The notes under the pieces were generated by a model. That model was not told the DNA's origin, did no database searches, and saw nothing but the letters and a program-made list of their open reading frames with translations. DNA of 63,457 nucleotides, the filler included, from Nitrospinota bacterium (lineage in GTDB: Bacteria > JAUXIQ01): assembly GCA_030620925.1 (NCBI GenBank). It is 15 parts of 15 records of this genome, joined end to end, with 100 filler letters (N's around TTAATTAATTAA, not from the genome) between each part and the next. Parts side by side here need not be neighbours in the genome. Positions count along the whole stretch, not along the records: positions 7,234 to 9,817 come from JAUXIQ010000435.1; positions 9,918 to 13,296 come from JAUXIQ010000318.1; positions 13,397 to 19,457 come from JAUXIQ010000137.1; 12 more parts are not named here. One strand, written 5' to 3'. Below are positions 8,663 through 18,783 of the stretch, piece by piece (position 1 is the stretch's first letter; each line of letters opens with the position of its first letter). The position numbers and the translations under genes are program-made.

Positions 8663-8691
8663 TTGCAAAAATAGGGCCTGTGTGATACCTT
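8663..8691 (+). promoter_or_regulatory. Putative sigma70 promoter of rpsB-tsf
   Basis: TTGCAA-N17-TACCTT with TG extended -10. Confidence 0.4.
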
Positions 8692-8877
8692 GATAAAAAA
8701 TGAAGAAAATATACACTTTACTATGGAAAGAAGTAGATTATAGACAAGTATTAAGGTCATAGGGGGTAGAAAGCGACAAACTTGTAGATGAAAGGTCTTC
8801 TTCCGGCGAATTCGGATGCACAAAAACGAAGGGAGGGCCGATCAAGTCTATTTAATAAGGCGAGGAGGTTGTCCATT

Positions 8878-9666
8878 TTGGCTGCAGTCACCATGAAAGA
8901 GCTTTTGGAAGCGGGTTGCCATTTCGGTCATCAGACCAAAAGATGGAACCCGAAAATGAGAAAATATATTTTCGGTTCCAGGAACGGAATACACATCATC
9001 GACCTTCAACAGACCCTGAACAAACTTCAGGAAGCCTACGACTACGTCAGGGAAATAAGCAGCCAGGGAGGCACCCTCCTCTTCGTGGGCACCAAAAGAC
9101 AGGCCCAGGATACCATCAAAAGAGAAGCCGAACGCTGCGGGATGCCCTTCGTCAACCAGCGCTGGCTGGGTGGAACGGTCACCAACTTCCAGACCATCCG
9201 CAAGAGCACCCAGAAGCTGAAACAGCTTGAAGAGGCCATGGCAGATGGGACCTATGAAGCGCTAACCAAGAAAGAACTACTCAAGTTAGAGCGGGAAAAA
9301 GCCAAGCTGGAGAAATATTTCGGCGGTATCAAGGATATGACCAAGCTTCCGGAGGCCGTCTTTATAGTGGATACCCGCAAGGAGATGATAGCCCTCAGAG
9401 AAGCTAAAAAAACGGATATCACCTCCATCACCATCGTGGATACCAATTGCGACCCCGATGGGATCGATTTCACCATTCCCGGTAACGATGACGCCATAAG
9501 AGCCATCCAACTGATGACCTCAAAGCTGGCCGATGCGGCTCTGGAAGGAACGGCGAAAGCCATGGAAAGCATGGAAGAAGTTCCCGAAGAGCTACTTGTT
9601 GAGGAGCCCCTACCGCCCGCCCAGGAAGACGAAGCCGACGAACTTATCGAGGCGGAAGGCCAGTAG
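8878..9666 (+). CDS. rpsB: 30S ribosomal protein S2
   Basis: '[19 protein letters not shown]', 'NQRWLGG', '[10 protein letters not shown]'; TTG start 8878 after GAGGAGG. Confidence 0.98.
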   Translation: MAAVTMKELLEAGCHFGHQTKRWNPKMRKYIFGSRNGIHIIDLQQTLNKLQEAYDYVREISSQGGTLLFVGTKRQAQDTIKREAERCGMPFVNQRWLGGTVTNFQTIRKSTQKLKQLEEAMADGTYEALTKKELLKLEREKAKLEKYFGGIKDMTKLPEAVFIVDTRKEMIALREAKKTDITSITIVDTNCDPDGIDFTIPGNDDAIRAIQLMTSKLADAALEGTAKAMESMEEVPEELLVEEPLPPAQEDEADELIEAEGQ

Positions 9667-9706
9667 GATAGACCCCAAATACTTTCTGTAGAGCGGAAGA
9701 GGAAGA

Positions 9707-9817
9707 ATGGAAGATACCACCATAACTGCGAACATGGTTAAAGAATTGAGAGAAAAAACCGGGGCGGGAATAATGGACTGCAAGGAAGCCCTCAAAGCCT
9801 CTTCAGGAGACGTGGAA
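9707..9817 (+). CDS. tsf: Elongation factor Ts (3' truncated)
   Basis: [29 protein letters not shown]; follows rpsB. Confidence 0.95.
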
Positions 9818-9917
9818 NNNNNNNNNNNNNNNNNNNNNNNNNNNNNNNNNNNNNNNNNNNNTTAATTAATTAANNNNNNNNNNNNNNNNNNNNNNNNNNN
9901 NNNNNNNNNNNNNNNNN

Positions 9918-10009
9918 CCCAATTTACCGAAACAATCAGACAATTGGGGTACTACTGGTTAAACGTCAACAGATACCCGTCGGATACAGGCAGATCAAAT
10001 TATGGATAA
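9918..10009 (+). CDS. Single-domain response regulator, C-terminal fragment
   Basis: QFTETIRQLGYYWLNVNRYP matches Rcp1-like receiver C-termini. Confidence 0.65.
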
Positions 10010-10772
10010 AACACTGCACGTTTTGATAGACGAAGACTCCCAGGACGACACCGCGTTAATACTGCGGGAACTGCAACACGGCGGTTTCGAAGCGAAATAC
10101 GAACGCGTCGAGATGCTCAAAGACATGGAAGCCGCCCTCAGCGCGCAGCATTGGGACCTCATAATAGCCGACTACTCTATGCCCAAGTTCAGCGGGGCTG
10201 ATGCCCTGGAGCTGTACAAAAAACATGAGCTGGACATCCCGTTCATCGTCGTTTCGGGTAAAATAGGCGAGGAGACGGCGGTGGAGATGATGAAGGGCGG
10301 CGCACACGACTACATAATGAAAAACAACCTTGCCAGACTTAATCCCGCCGTGGAAAGGGAGCTGCGCGAAGCGAAACATCGCATGGAGCGGAAATGGACC
10401 GAGGAAAAATTACGTGAAATGAACGAATATTATCGCGCATTATTTGAAAATATATCTATAGGCGTCTGCTTCATGGATATCGACGGAAATATAAGCGCCT
10501 ATAATAATGCTTTCATTCAGGCAGGCGATTACAGCAATTCAGACATGGTAACTATCGGCAACATAGCAGACTTGTTCTTCTCCTCCCAGGAATGGAAAAA
10601 AATATTAAAGATTTCCAGGCAGCAAGACCTTCTGCTCAAACAACGAGTCCAGCTAAAACGCAAGGACGGCACCCCCTACGAAGCCCTCTTGACGCTGATA
10701 CAACTTAAGATTAACGATCGGCCCTGCTGGCAGGTCATGGTGGAAGACCTCCAGGGATACAAGTGGGCGTAG
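10002..10772 (+). CDS. Response regulator, REC + PAS, no output domain
   Basis: 'IIADYSMPKFSG', 'GAHDYIMK', PAS with 'LKRKDGTP'. Confidence 0.85.
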   Translation: MDKTLHVLIDEDSQDDTALILRELQHGGFEAKYERVEMLKDMEAALSAQHWDLIIADYSMPKFSGADALELYKKHELDIPFIVVSGKIGEETAVEMMKGGAHDYIMKNNLARLNPAVERELREAKHRMERKWTEEKLREMNEYYRALFENISIGVCFMDIDGNISAYNNAFIQAGDYSNSDMVTIGNIADLFFSSQEWKKILKISRQQDLLLKQRVQLKRKDGTPYEALLTLIQLKINDRPCWQVMVEDLQGYKWA

Positions 10773-11009
10773 CAATATTCTAATGTTGAGCGCTCGATAT
10801 AGCCTGTTATCTATATCCCTCCGATACTTTCAAGATTTCAGACCCTCCTCATCGATTTCTTCCAAAATTCCGACCTTGGATTTCCACCTTTTTGAAGACC
10901 TTTTTTTTGGCTCGCATCTTATTGATTTTAAAATGATATCCGGCACACACCTTGGATTTTTGCATCTATTCTATAGAGGGGGTTTTAACCGCAATGCAGG
11001 AAAAAATTA

Positions 11010-11064
11010 ACCACTAAGGCACCAAGACTTAATAAAATTAATTTCTTTCCTTTGTGTCTTCGTG
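11010..11064. repeat. ACCAC.AAGGCAC.AAG-type palindromic repeat
   Basis: ACCACTAAGGCACCAAG ... CTTTGTGTCTTCGTG; same arms at 18784-18841 and 19205-19221. Confidence 0.7.
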
Positions 11065-11319
11065 TTTACAATTTTTTTGTCCAAACAACCTCTCTATTTA
11101 CGAAAATGATGGGGCTAAATATTTAATTTTAAAGGGTTTTGTTAAATTAGTGGTGATGCGGTCGCAATGTATAAGATATTGAATTTTAAGTATTTTGGGC
11201 GATAAAAGGTTGCTTAAGCAACAGGGGGGGGTAGGGGCAACCCCTCGCTCCGGAGAGCAGATGATTTGACTTGAGGCGGGCCGCGTGGTAACTTTTGTGA
11301 GCGGAAAGGGGAAATCCTG

Positions 11320-12129
11320 GTGGACAACAATCTGCAGGCGAAACTGGATAAGCTGGAAGACATCCTGGCTGAGATGGGCAGCGCGCTCATAGCCTATTCC
11401 GGGGGAGTGGACAGCACTTTTCTTCTGGGAGCCGCCAAGAGGGTCCTCGAGGATAAGGTAGTGGCGCTCACCGCCAGGTCCTCCACCTATCCTGCATCCG
11501 AACTGGGTGAGGCCCTTCAGATGGCCAAAGAACTGGGCGTGCGCCACCTGGTGGTGGACTCGGAAGAGCTGGACATCCCCGGATTCAGGGAAAACCCTCC
11601 CGACAGGTGCTACTACTGCAAGACGGAGCTATTCACCAAAGCCTTCTCTGTGGCTGGCGAACAGGGCATGGGATACGTATGCGACGGCAGTAACACCGAC
11701 GACGAAGGGGATTACCGCCCGGGCATGAGGGCCGCCTGCGACCTGGGCGTGCGAAGCCCGCTCAAGGAAGCGGGGCTCACCAAAGAGGAAATACGAATCT
11801 CCTCCCGCCAGATGGGGCTCCCCACCTGGAACAAACCGGCCCTGGCCTGCCTCTCCTCCCGCTTCCCTTACGGAGAGACCATCACCCCCGAAAAGCTCTC
11901 AATGGTTGAGAGGGCTGAAGCGTTTCTGCACTCACTGGGATACAGGCAGCTCCGGGTGCGCCACCATGACGCCATGGCCCGAATAGAGCTTGCCCCAGAG
12001 GAACTGAAAAAGTTCATGAAGTCGGGCCAGGCGGATAAAGTAGCCGCCGAGCTCAAAGCCCTGGGCTATACCTACATAACCGTAGACCTCGAAGGTTACC
12101 GCACGGGCAGCATGAACGAAGTCCTTTGA
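11320..12129 (+). CDS. larE: ATP-dependent sulfur transferase LarE
   Basis: PP-loop 'AYSGGVDS', 'RCYYCK', 'DYRPG', 'PALACLSSRFPYG', 'GYRTGSMN'. Confidence 0.93.
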   Translation: MDNNLQAKLDKLEDILAEMGSALIAYSGGVDSTFLLGAAKRVLEDKVVALTARSSTYPASELGEALQMAKELGVRHLVVDSEELDIPGFRENPPDRCYYCKTELFTKAFSVAGEQGMGYVCDGSNTDDEGDYRPGMRAACDLGVRSPLKEAGLTKEEIRISSRQMGLPTWNKPALACLSSRFPYGETITPEKLSMVERAEAFLHSLGYRQLRVRHHDAMARIELAPEELKKFMKSGQADKVAAELKALGYTYITVDLEGYRTGSMNEVL

Positions 12130-12164
12130 GGGAACCTTTATCCAGAAAGGTTCCCCCCAAGCTC

Positions 12165-12956
12165 TTACATGCCTTTGAACTTGGGTTTACGCTTTTCGAT
12201 GAAGGCCCGCACGCCTTCGAGATGGTCTTCAGTGGCGACGGAATGGCCTTCCAGGGAGAGGGACGTATCCATGATGAGGTCTGCGATGAACCTCAGGGTC
12301 TTGTTCACGGATATTTTCGTATAGTTAATGGCCACCAAGGCGCCCTCCGCCAGGCGGGTGGCCATCTCGTTCACCTCTTCATCCAGCTTCTCGGGCGGCA
12401 CGGCTCTGTTTATGAGTCCTATGCGGGCCGCTTCCGGGGCGTCTATGAGGTCTCCGGTAAACAGGAATTCTTTGGCCCGGCACATTCCGATGAGGAAGGG
12501 CCATATAACCGCACCGCCGTCTCCGGCAACCAGCCCCACCTGCACGTGGGGGTCTCCTATCTTGGCCTTTTCCGAGGCTATGATGATGTCGCATAAGAGG
12601 GCCATGGTGGCCCCCAGGCCGATGGCGTGGCCGTTGAGCTTAGCGATGAGGGGTTTTTCCAAATCTATGAGGTCCATAACTATCTTTTTACCTTCCCCCA
12701 TAATGCTCCGGAAGGCTCCCGGTTTCTGCATCTCTTCCATCCACTTGATGTCCCCGCCGGCGCAGAACGCCTTGCCGGCACCGGTGAGCACCACCACTTT
12801 GGCTTCCTCATCCATATTGGCGTCGGCGAAAACGCAGGACAATTCTTTGTGGAGCTGGGCGTTGACGGGGTTCATATCGGGCCGGTTCATGGTGATGTTG
12901 AGGATGGGGCCGTTGCGGTCTACCTTGATGCACTCATACTTACTGTAATCCACCAT
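12165..12956 (-). CDS. Crotonase (enoyl-CoA hydratase/isomerase) superfamily protein
   Basis: 'AFCAGGDI', 'NGHAIGLGAT', 'EGVRAFIEKRKPKF'. Confidence 0.92.
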   Translation of the reverse strand: MVDYSKYECIKVDRNGPILNITMNRPDMNPVNAQLHKELSCVFADANMDEEAKVVVLTGAGKAFCAGGDIKWMEEMQKPGAFRSIMGEGKKIVMDLIDLEKPLIAKLNGHAIGLGATMALLCDIIIASEKAKIGDPHVQVGLVAGDGGAVIWPFLIGMCRAKEFLFTGDLIDAPEAARIGLINRAVPPEKLDEEVNEMATRLAEGALVAINYTKISVNKTLRFIADLIMDTSLSLEGHSVATEDHLEGVRAFIEKRKPKFKGM

Positions 12957-13056
12957 AGCAATGCCTCCTTCATGGATTTATCAGGCGTGATTATTGTCGG
13001 CGCTGATATTATCAGAGGCTCGGAAGGGATGTCAATAAGGAGGACGCGGTAAAACC

Positions 13057-13093
13057 AGGGGCGAATCCCGCGGCGCGCGGGATTCACCCCTAC
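13057..13093. repeat. REP-like palindrome, probable terminator for the CoA ligase gene
   Basis: AGGGGCGAATCCCGCG-GCG-CGCGGGATTCACCCCT-AC. Confidence 0.7.
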
Positions 13094-13118
13094 ATCTATT
13101 TTCGTGCGTCATAAATCA

Positions 13119-13296
13119 TCATGATTCGTACATCGCGTCCAGGGCGTCTTTATATTTACTCTCCACCTCTTTACGCTTTACCTTGAGGGTAGGGGTTATC
13201 TCTCCATCCTCTACGGTGAAATCGCGGGGCAGAATGGAGAACTTCTTTACCTGCTCCACGCGGGAAACCTTTTCGTTGCCCTTATCCACCGCCTTC
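13119..13296 (-). CDS. Long-chain fatty acid-CoA ligase, C-terminal fragment
   Basis: Minus strand reads 'SRVEQVKKFSILPRDFTVEDGEITPTLKVKR'. Confidence 0.85.
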
Positions 13297-13577
13297 NNNN
13301 NNNNNNNNNNNNNNNNNNNNNNNNNNNNNNNNNNNNNNNNTTAATTAATTAANNNNNNNNNNNNNNNNNNNNNNNNNNNNNNNNNNNNNNNNNNNNACTC
13401 TCCCACGAGCATAGTGCGCAACGAATGATGGTTTTCCATAAATTTATTTATACTTAAAATTCTTTTTGTGTTAAATTGATGGTTTTGAACCTTAATTTTA
13501 CGGGTTTCAGCACTCCTTTATCGGAGGGTTAGAACGAGTGATAATTCGTTGAATGTTGTTTTCAGTGCCGAATGGGT

Positions 13578-13606
13578 TTGACAACTGGAATCATATCTAT
13601 TAGAAA
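13578..13606 (+). promoter_or_regulatory. Putative sigma70 promoter of ABC operon
   Basis: TTGACA-N17-TAGAAA. Confidence 0.45.
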
Positions 13607-13656
13607 TATCGGCTGTGTCTGAGATTCCAATGCAGTGAGTCAGGGAGGCTAAATAT

Positions 13657-14607
13657 ATGATAAAGGTGGAGAATCTTACCAAAAATTATGGTTTTGTAGA
13701 GGCAATAAAGGACGTATCCTTCAACGTCGGTGAGGGGGAGGTTCTGGGGCTCCTGGGGCCAAATGGAGCAGGCAAGACTACTACAATGCGGGTCCTCACC
13801 TGTTTCCTCCCGGCGACCAGCGGGAAAGCGTCCATTGCCGGATACGACGTCTTCCATCAGCCCATGGAGGTAAGGAGCAGGATAGGTTATCTCCCGGAAA
13901 CCGTCCCCCTATACGAGGATATGCGAGTCAAGGATTATCTGGACTTCGTTGCCGACTTAAAGGGATTGGAAAAGAAGGGGAGGTCGCAGAGAGTTTCCAG
14001 GGTCATGGGAGAGTGCGCCATCGAGGACCGCGCAAACTGGCTCATCCGCACCCTTTCCAAAGGTTTGCGACAGAGGGTGGGCCTGGCCCAGGCGCTCATC
14101 AACGATCCTCAGGTGCTCATACTGGACGAGCCTACAATAGGGTTGGATCCTAAACAGATAATAGAGATCAGACAGCATATAAAAGATATGGCAGGCAGAC
14201 GCACCGTTATTTTAAGCTCTCACGTGCTCCCCGAGGTGAGCATGGTCTGCCAGCGAGTGCTTATAATCAATAAGGGGAAGGTGGTGGCCGAAGATACTCC
14301 CTCCAAACTCACTCAGAGGCTGCAGAAGAAGGTCTCCGTGAGGTTGCAGGTAAAAGGGCCGGTGGATGAAGTTAAATCAGCGCTGGTAAGAGTGGATGGG
14401 GTGACGGGGGTAAACCTCAGCAGTCAGCCGGCTACCGATGTAGGAGAGTTCATGGTGGACACCAGGAAGGAGTTGGACCTCAGGAGCAAGCTGGCCGCTG
14501 AGGTGGTGCGAAACAACTGGGACCTCCTTGAGCTAACCTCGAGCACCATGACTCTGGAGGACATATTCGTTCAACTGGTCACGGAAGAGAAGGAGGTGGA
14601 AGCATGA
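13657..14607 (+). CDS. ABC transporter ATP-binding protein (GldA-like)
   Basis: Walker A GPNGAGKT, signature LSKG, Walker B LILDEP. Confidence 0.95.
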   Translation: MIKVENLTKNYGFVEAIKDVSFNVGEGEVLGLLGPNGAGKTTTMRVLTCFLPATSGKASIAGYDVFHQPMEVRSRIGYLPETVPLYEDMRVKDYLDFVADLKGLEKKGRSQRVSRVMGECAIEDRANWLIRTLSKGLRQRVGLAQALINDPQVLILDEPTIGLDPKQIIEIRQHIKDMAGRRTVILSSHVLPEVSMVCQRVLIINKGKVVAEDTPSKLTQRLQKKVSVRLQVKGPVDEVKSALVRVDGVTGVNLSSQPATDVGEFMVDTRKELDLRSKLAAEVVRNNWDLLELTSSTMTLEDIFVQLVTEEKEVEA

Positions 14608-15368
14608 AAAACTTCTACCCCATCTATAAAAAGGAGCTCGCCACATACTTCACCTCCCCCATAGCCTACGTGGTGATGGCCGTTTTTCTGATCTTCGCGG
14701 GGTTCTGGTTTTATTCGCAGACCATAAGCTTTTACATCACCAGCATGGAATACGCCAACAACCCTAACCTCAGGCTGAACCTTACCGACTCAGTGGTGGT
14801 CAACATAGTGTGGATAATGTCTTTCTTTTCCATCTTCATAGTGCCCGGATTGACCATGCGTCTCTACTCCGAGGAGAAAAAGATGGGCACCATGGAGCTT
14901 CTCTTCACCTACCCGGTTAAAGACATAGAGGTGGTAATGGGCAAAGGGCTGGCCTGTTTCACCGTTTACGCGGTCATGATTGCGATTACCATCCTCTACC
15001 CTGTGATCCTTTTCATGTTCGGACAGCCGGAAATAGGTCCCCTGGTGACGGGTTATGTGGGTATGTTACTGATTGGTTTTTCTTTCATTATGTTGGGCGG
15101 CTTCCTCTCTACATTGACCGAGAACCAGATTGTGGCTTACATTCTTGGCGTAGGTGTGCTCATGTTGTTATGGATGCTGCGGTATTTCGGGGATTACTTC
15201 ACCCCTCGCGCTGCGGAAGTTTTCAGCCACCTGTCCACCAGTGGGTACGTGAGCGATTTTTCCAGGGGTGTTTTCGATACCAAAGATTTTATATTCTACG
15301 CAAATTTCTCCATATTCTGTATCTTCGTTACCCTCAGGTCACTCGAATCGAAAAAATGGAGGGGCTAG
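14604..15368 (+). CDS. ABC-2 permease (GldF-like)
   Basis: 'KELATYFTSPIAYV', 'TMRLYSEEKKMGTMELLFT', 'TENQIVA'. Confidence 0.92.
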   Translation: MKNFYPIYKKELATYFTSPIAYVVMAVFLIFAGFWFYSQTISFYITSMEYANNPNLRLNLTDSVVVNIVWIMSFFSIFIVPGLTMRLYSEEKKMGTMELLFTYPVKDIEVVMGKGLACFTVYAVMIAITILYPVILFMFGQPEIGPLVTGYVGMLLIGFSFIMLGGFLSTLTENQIVAYILGVGVLMLLWMLRYFGDYFTPRAAEVFSHLSTSGYVSDFSRGVFDTKDFIFYANFSIFCIFVTLRSLESKKWRG

Positions 15369-15371
15369 TCG

Positions 15372-16928
15372 ATGGGCCGACACTCTATGATACTGGGTCT
15401 GGCCGGGGTCGGCCTTGCGGCTCTGGGCCTTGCGTTGTGGGTGGTCAAGTTTGAGTTCGATATTTCAGTAGCCATCACAACCATCGCCGGGCTTTTCCTG
15501 CTGCTATTCACCCTGTTCATCAATTTCAACGCTTTCAGGGATTTCATCGGGAAGCGTTCTACCAGGTATGGAATGGGCAGCATTGTCACCGTTATACTGG
15601 TGCTGGCCATCATTATTTTCGTGGAGGCCATATCCGCGAGACATCACCTCAGGGTGGATTTAACCGAAAACAAGAGGTACAGCCTCTCGAGCCAGACCGT
15701 CAAAGTGCTCGAGGGATTGAATTACGATGTAGAGGTGCTGGCCTTTTATGGCAAAAACCAGGCTCAGAAAGTCTCTTTCGAGCGGTTGCTGAAGCTTTAC
15801 AAGTATCACTCGACCCGCTTTCGATATAAGATGGTAGACCCGGAAATGGAGCCCTCGCTGACCAAAGAACACGGGGTGATACTGTACGGAACCACCGTTG
15901 TCAAGAGAGGCGATATGCAAGCGAAAATTGAGGAGGGCACCGAGGAGAAGCTCACTAACGCCATCTTAAAGGTGGTGAGAACCGGCCAGAAAGTGGTCTA
16001 CGTTCTCAAAGGACACGGCGAGCAGGCGCTGGAGGACGAGAGCGATGCCGGCTACAGCAGGACCAGGGAGAGCATGGAGGGGGAGAGTTATGTGATCAAG
16101 GAGCTTGTTCTCCTGAGGGAAGAGGCGGTGCCGGAGGATGCCGCCCTGATTATAGTATCCGGACCAAAAGTGCTCCCTGAAAAGCGTGAGCTGGAGTTAT
16201 TGTCCAGGTATATTGATGGGGGGGGGAGCGTAATGTTTATGATCGATCCCGGTAACGCTCCCGGCATTAAAGATTTCCTCATCAAATATGGGGTGGTGCG
16301 CAATAATGATATTGTTGTGGACTCGACGAGCAGGATGTTCGGGGCGGATTTCAGGATGCCTGTGGTTACCGAGTACGCCCCGCACCCCATAACCGAAAAC
16401 TTCAGGGTGGCCTCCTTCTTCCCCGTGGCCCGATCGGTGAACGTGGATCAGGATAAAGTACCCGAAGGGGGGAGGGTAAAGGTTCTCGCCTCCACAAGTC
16501 CCAAAAGCTGGGCGGAGACGGATTTCGAGGAACTGAAGAAGGGTCGGGCAGAATTCAAGGAGGGTGTAGACACTTACGGGCCGGTGCCGGTGGCGGTGGT
16601 GGTAACTATAGGTGAAGATAAGGTGCAGCTTGCCACGAAGACTAAGAAGACTCCCGTGGCTAAAATTGTGGTATTCGGCGATTCGGATTTCGCCAACAAC
16701 TCTTACCTTAGCGCAGCGGGGAATCGCGACCTTTTCCTTAACACCGTCCGGTGGCTGGCCGGAGAGGAAGACCTGATTGCCATACGCCCCAGGAGTTTGA
16801 ACAGTACGCCCCTCTTTCTCAAAGCTTCGCAGGCAAGATTCATCTTCATTGTCCCCGTGGTGGTGATGCCGGCGGCAGTGCTGGCGATAGGGTTGATTAT
16901 TATCTCCAGGAGGAAGAAGATCGCGTGA
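15372..16928 (+). CDS. GldG-like ABC transporter auxiliary component
   Basis: 'DLTENKRYSLS', 'GHGE', 'HPIT', 'FGDSDF', 'NRDLFLNTVRWL'; N- and C-terminal TM segments. Confidence 0.9.
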   Translation: MGRHSMILGLAGVGLAALGLALWVVKFEFDISVAITTIAGLFLLLFTLFINFNAFRDFIGKRSTRYGMGSIVTVILVLAIIIFVEAISARHHLRVDLTENKRYSLSSQTVKVLEGLNYDVEVLAFYGKNQAQKVSFERLLKLYKYHSTRFRYKMVDPEMEPSLTKEHGVILYGTTVVKRGDMQAKIEEGTEEKLTNAILKVVRTGQKVVYVLKGHGEQALEDESDAGYSRTRESMEGESYVIKELVLLREEAVPEDAALIIVSGPKVLPEKRELELLSRYIDGGGSVMFMIDPGNAPGIKDFLIKYGVVRNNDIVVDSTSRMFGADFRMPVVTEYAPHPITENFRVASFFPVARSVNVDQDKVPEGGRVKVLASTSPKSWAETDFEELKKGRAEFKEGVDTYGPVPVAVVVTIGEDKVQLATKTKKTPVAKIVVFGDSDFANNSYLSAAGNRDLFLNTVRWLAGEEDLIAIRPRSLNSTPLFLKASQARFIFIVPVVVMPAAVLAIGLIIISRRKKIA

Positions 16929-18721
16929 GTGTGAAACGACTGATCCTCCTGGGAATTGTAGTGGCGGCGCTGGCCTTCTACTACAATATCAAAGAAGTAA
17001 AGATAGCCGGTGAGAAGCGGAAGGCCGAAGAGCTCAAGGCGAAAATTTTTCCCCACTCCAAGGATGATATCGCGGGATACAGGCTTGTGTTCAGGGACAA
17101 GACGGTCCGTGTGGCAAAGGTCGGAAAGGGATGGAAGCTGCTTGAGCCGCTTGAGGATGATGGTGATCAGATGACTCTGGACAATATGGCCGCCAACCTG
17201 ACTAATAGCATTACTCTGAGGGTCCTGAAAGAGGACGTCAGCGAAAAGGACCTTAAAGAATACGGCCTGGATAGACCATTCATGGAGGTCTACGCAAAGC
17301 TGGCGGACGGTAGTAAAGAGGGGCCGGTGCTCATGGGAGACATGAGCCCTTTCGGCGGATACGTATACATGAGGAAGCCCGGAGATAAGAGTATCTACCT
17401 GGCCAATGCCCTGTTCAGGAAGGGTCTTGATAAATCTCTCTATGAAATGCGGGATAAGATCGTCCTGCACTCGAGTGAGAAAATATTGGAAGAGATTGAG
17501 CTGTCGGCTTCCGGCCGGCGGGTGAAGGCGGTGAAGGATGAGAGAGGTATATGGAGCATCGCCCGCCCCAAGGAATTATCGGTAGACAGTAAGGTCATGA
17601 AGAATATGTTCGCAGCCCTCAGGGGGCAAAAGATAATAAAGTTTATTGCAGAAGAGCCTGAAAACCTCGCGCCTTACGGTTTGGATGTGCCCACGTACAG
17701 GTACACCTTCTCTCCGCTCAATGATGGTTTATCGGCGACTCTGCTCATCGGCAAACCCCTGGAGGGAGAGGAAGGGGTTTACGCCAAATATCAGGACTCG
17801 CCCAAAGTCTTTGCCCTTGGCAACGAGCTGTGGGAAAAAATGCCCAGGTCGCTCTACGAATTCCGAAAGAAGCGTTTTATAACCTTTTCCAATGGAGACA
17901 TCCGGAAGATCGAGATAGAGAGCAAAGGGGTGAAGTTGGTGGTCGAGTTGGGAGAGGATGATGAATGGGTAATAACCAGTCCCCGTGAAATGAAGGGGGG
18001 CTACTATGAAATCAACAACTATATGTATGTAATTAAGGATATGGAAGCCCTCAGGTTTATCGGAGACCGCAGGGATGAGGCACCCGAGTATGGTTTCAGA
18101 CCCCCTTTCCTCACCGTCAAGCTGTGGCCGGAAAACGCCCAGAAACCCATTTCCATGATGTTAGGTGGAAAAACCGGTGGAGGGAAGGGGCGTTACGCCA
18201 GGGCCGATTCGGTGGAGGAATTGGTGGTCATTTCAGATGAGATTGTCGGAAAACTGCTTGTCGATATCAATGCCCTTCGGGACAAGAACATCACTTCTTT
18301 CGAGGAACCGGAGGTTAAAAAAATGGTAGTAAAGTTCCAGGATGAATCTCCTTTCGTAATAGTGCGGGAGCGAGAGGGCGAGGATAAGTGGCGGCTGGTC
18401 GAGCCGGTTGAAACCAAAGTGGATTTTCTGCGTGTGAAATCGATCATCTGGCGGCTGGAGGCGCTCAGGTACAACGAGATTATCATCGAAGAAGCGGAGT
18501 ATGATGAAGCACAATACGGTTTCGATAAACCCAGCGTAAAAATTACCCTGTGGGGTGATGATGAAGACAAGCCGCTGGATATAGTGACCCTGGGGAATCC
18601 CGCTATCAAAAAGGACAATATATATGTCCGTATAAAATCACGGTCCGGAGTCTACACCACCGATTCCGACCTGCTGGATAGAATCCCCAAAACAGTGGAA
18701 GAGCTTAAACAGAAGATGTAG
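16925..18721 (+). CDS. DUF4340-repeat membrane-anchored protein
   Basis: GTGA overlap start at 16925 after AGGAGG; four ~145-aa repeats each with YG[LF]xxP. Confidence 0.85.
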   Translation: MSVKRLILLGIVVAALAFYYNIKEVKIAGEKRKAEELKAKIFPHSKDDIAGYRLVFRDKTVRVAKVGKGWKLLEPLEDDGDQMTLDNMAANLTNSITLRVLKEDVSEKDLKEYGLDRPFMEVYAKLADGSKEGPVLMGDMSPFGGYVYMRKPGDKSIYLANALFRKGLDKSLYEMRDKIVLHSSEKILEEIELSASGRRVKAVKDERGIWSIARPKELSVDSKVMKNMFAALRGQKIIKFIAEEPENLAPYGLDVPTYRYTFSPLNDGLSATLLIGKPLEGEEGVYAKYQDSPKVFALGNELWEKMPRSLYEFRKKRFITFSNGDIRKIEIESKGVKLVVELGEDDEWVITSPREMKGGYYEINNYMYVIKDMEALRFIGDRRDEAPEYGFRPPFLTVKLWPENAQKPISMMLGGKTGGGKGRYARADSVEELVVISDEIVGKLLVDINALRDKNITSFEEPEVKKMVVKFQDESPFVIVREREGEDKWRLVEPVETKVDFLRVKSIIWRLEALRYNEIIIEEAEYDEAQYGFDKPSVKITLWGDDEDKPLDIVTLGNPAIKKDNIYVRIKSRSGVYTTDSDLLDRIPKTVEELKQKM

Positions 18722-18783
18722 CCTTCGCCACCCGCCGATCAGTTTTCTGATAAAGTATTAAGGTTCACCCCCTCGAATACCAA

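Noticed and set aside
8788..8877. N-terminal extensions in the ORF track (rpsB; also argJ 7322, DUF4340 16751, hemC 58281, ccsA 60572, nfo 61688)
   Set aside because: Internal starts fit the RBS and/or family N-termini better.
10783..11010. 75-aa ORF in AT-rich gap
   Set aside because: No RBS or motif; composition resembles non-coding DNA.
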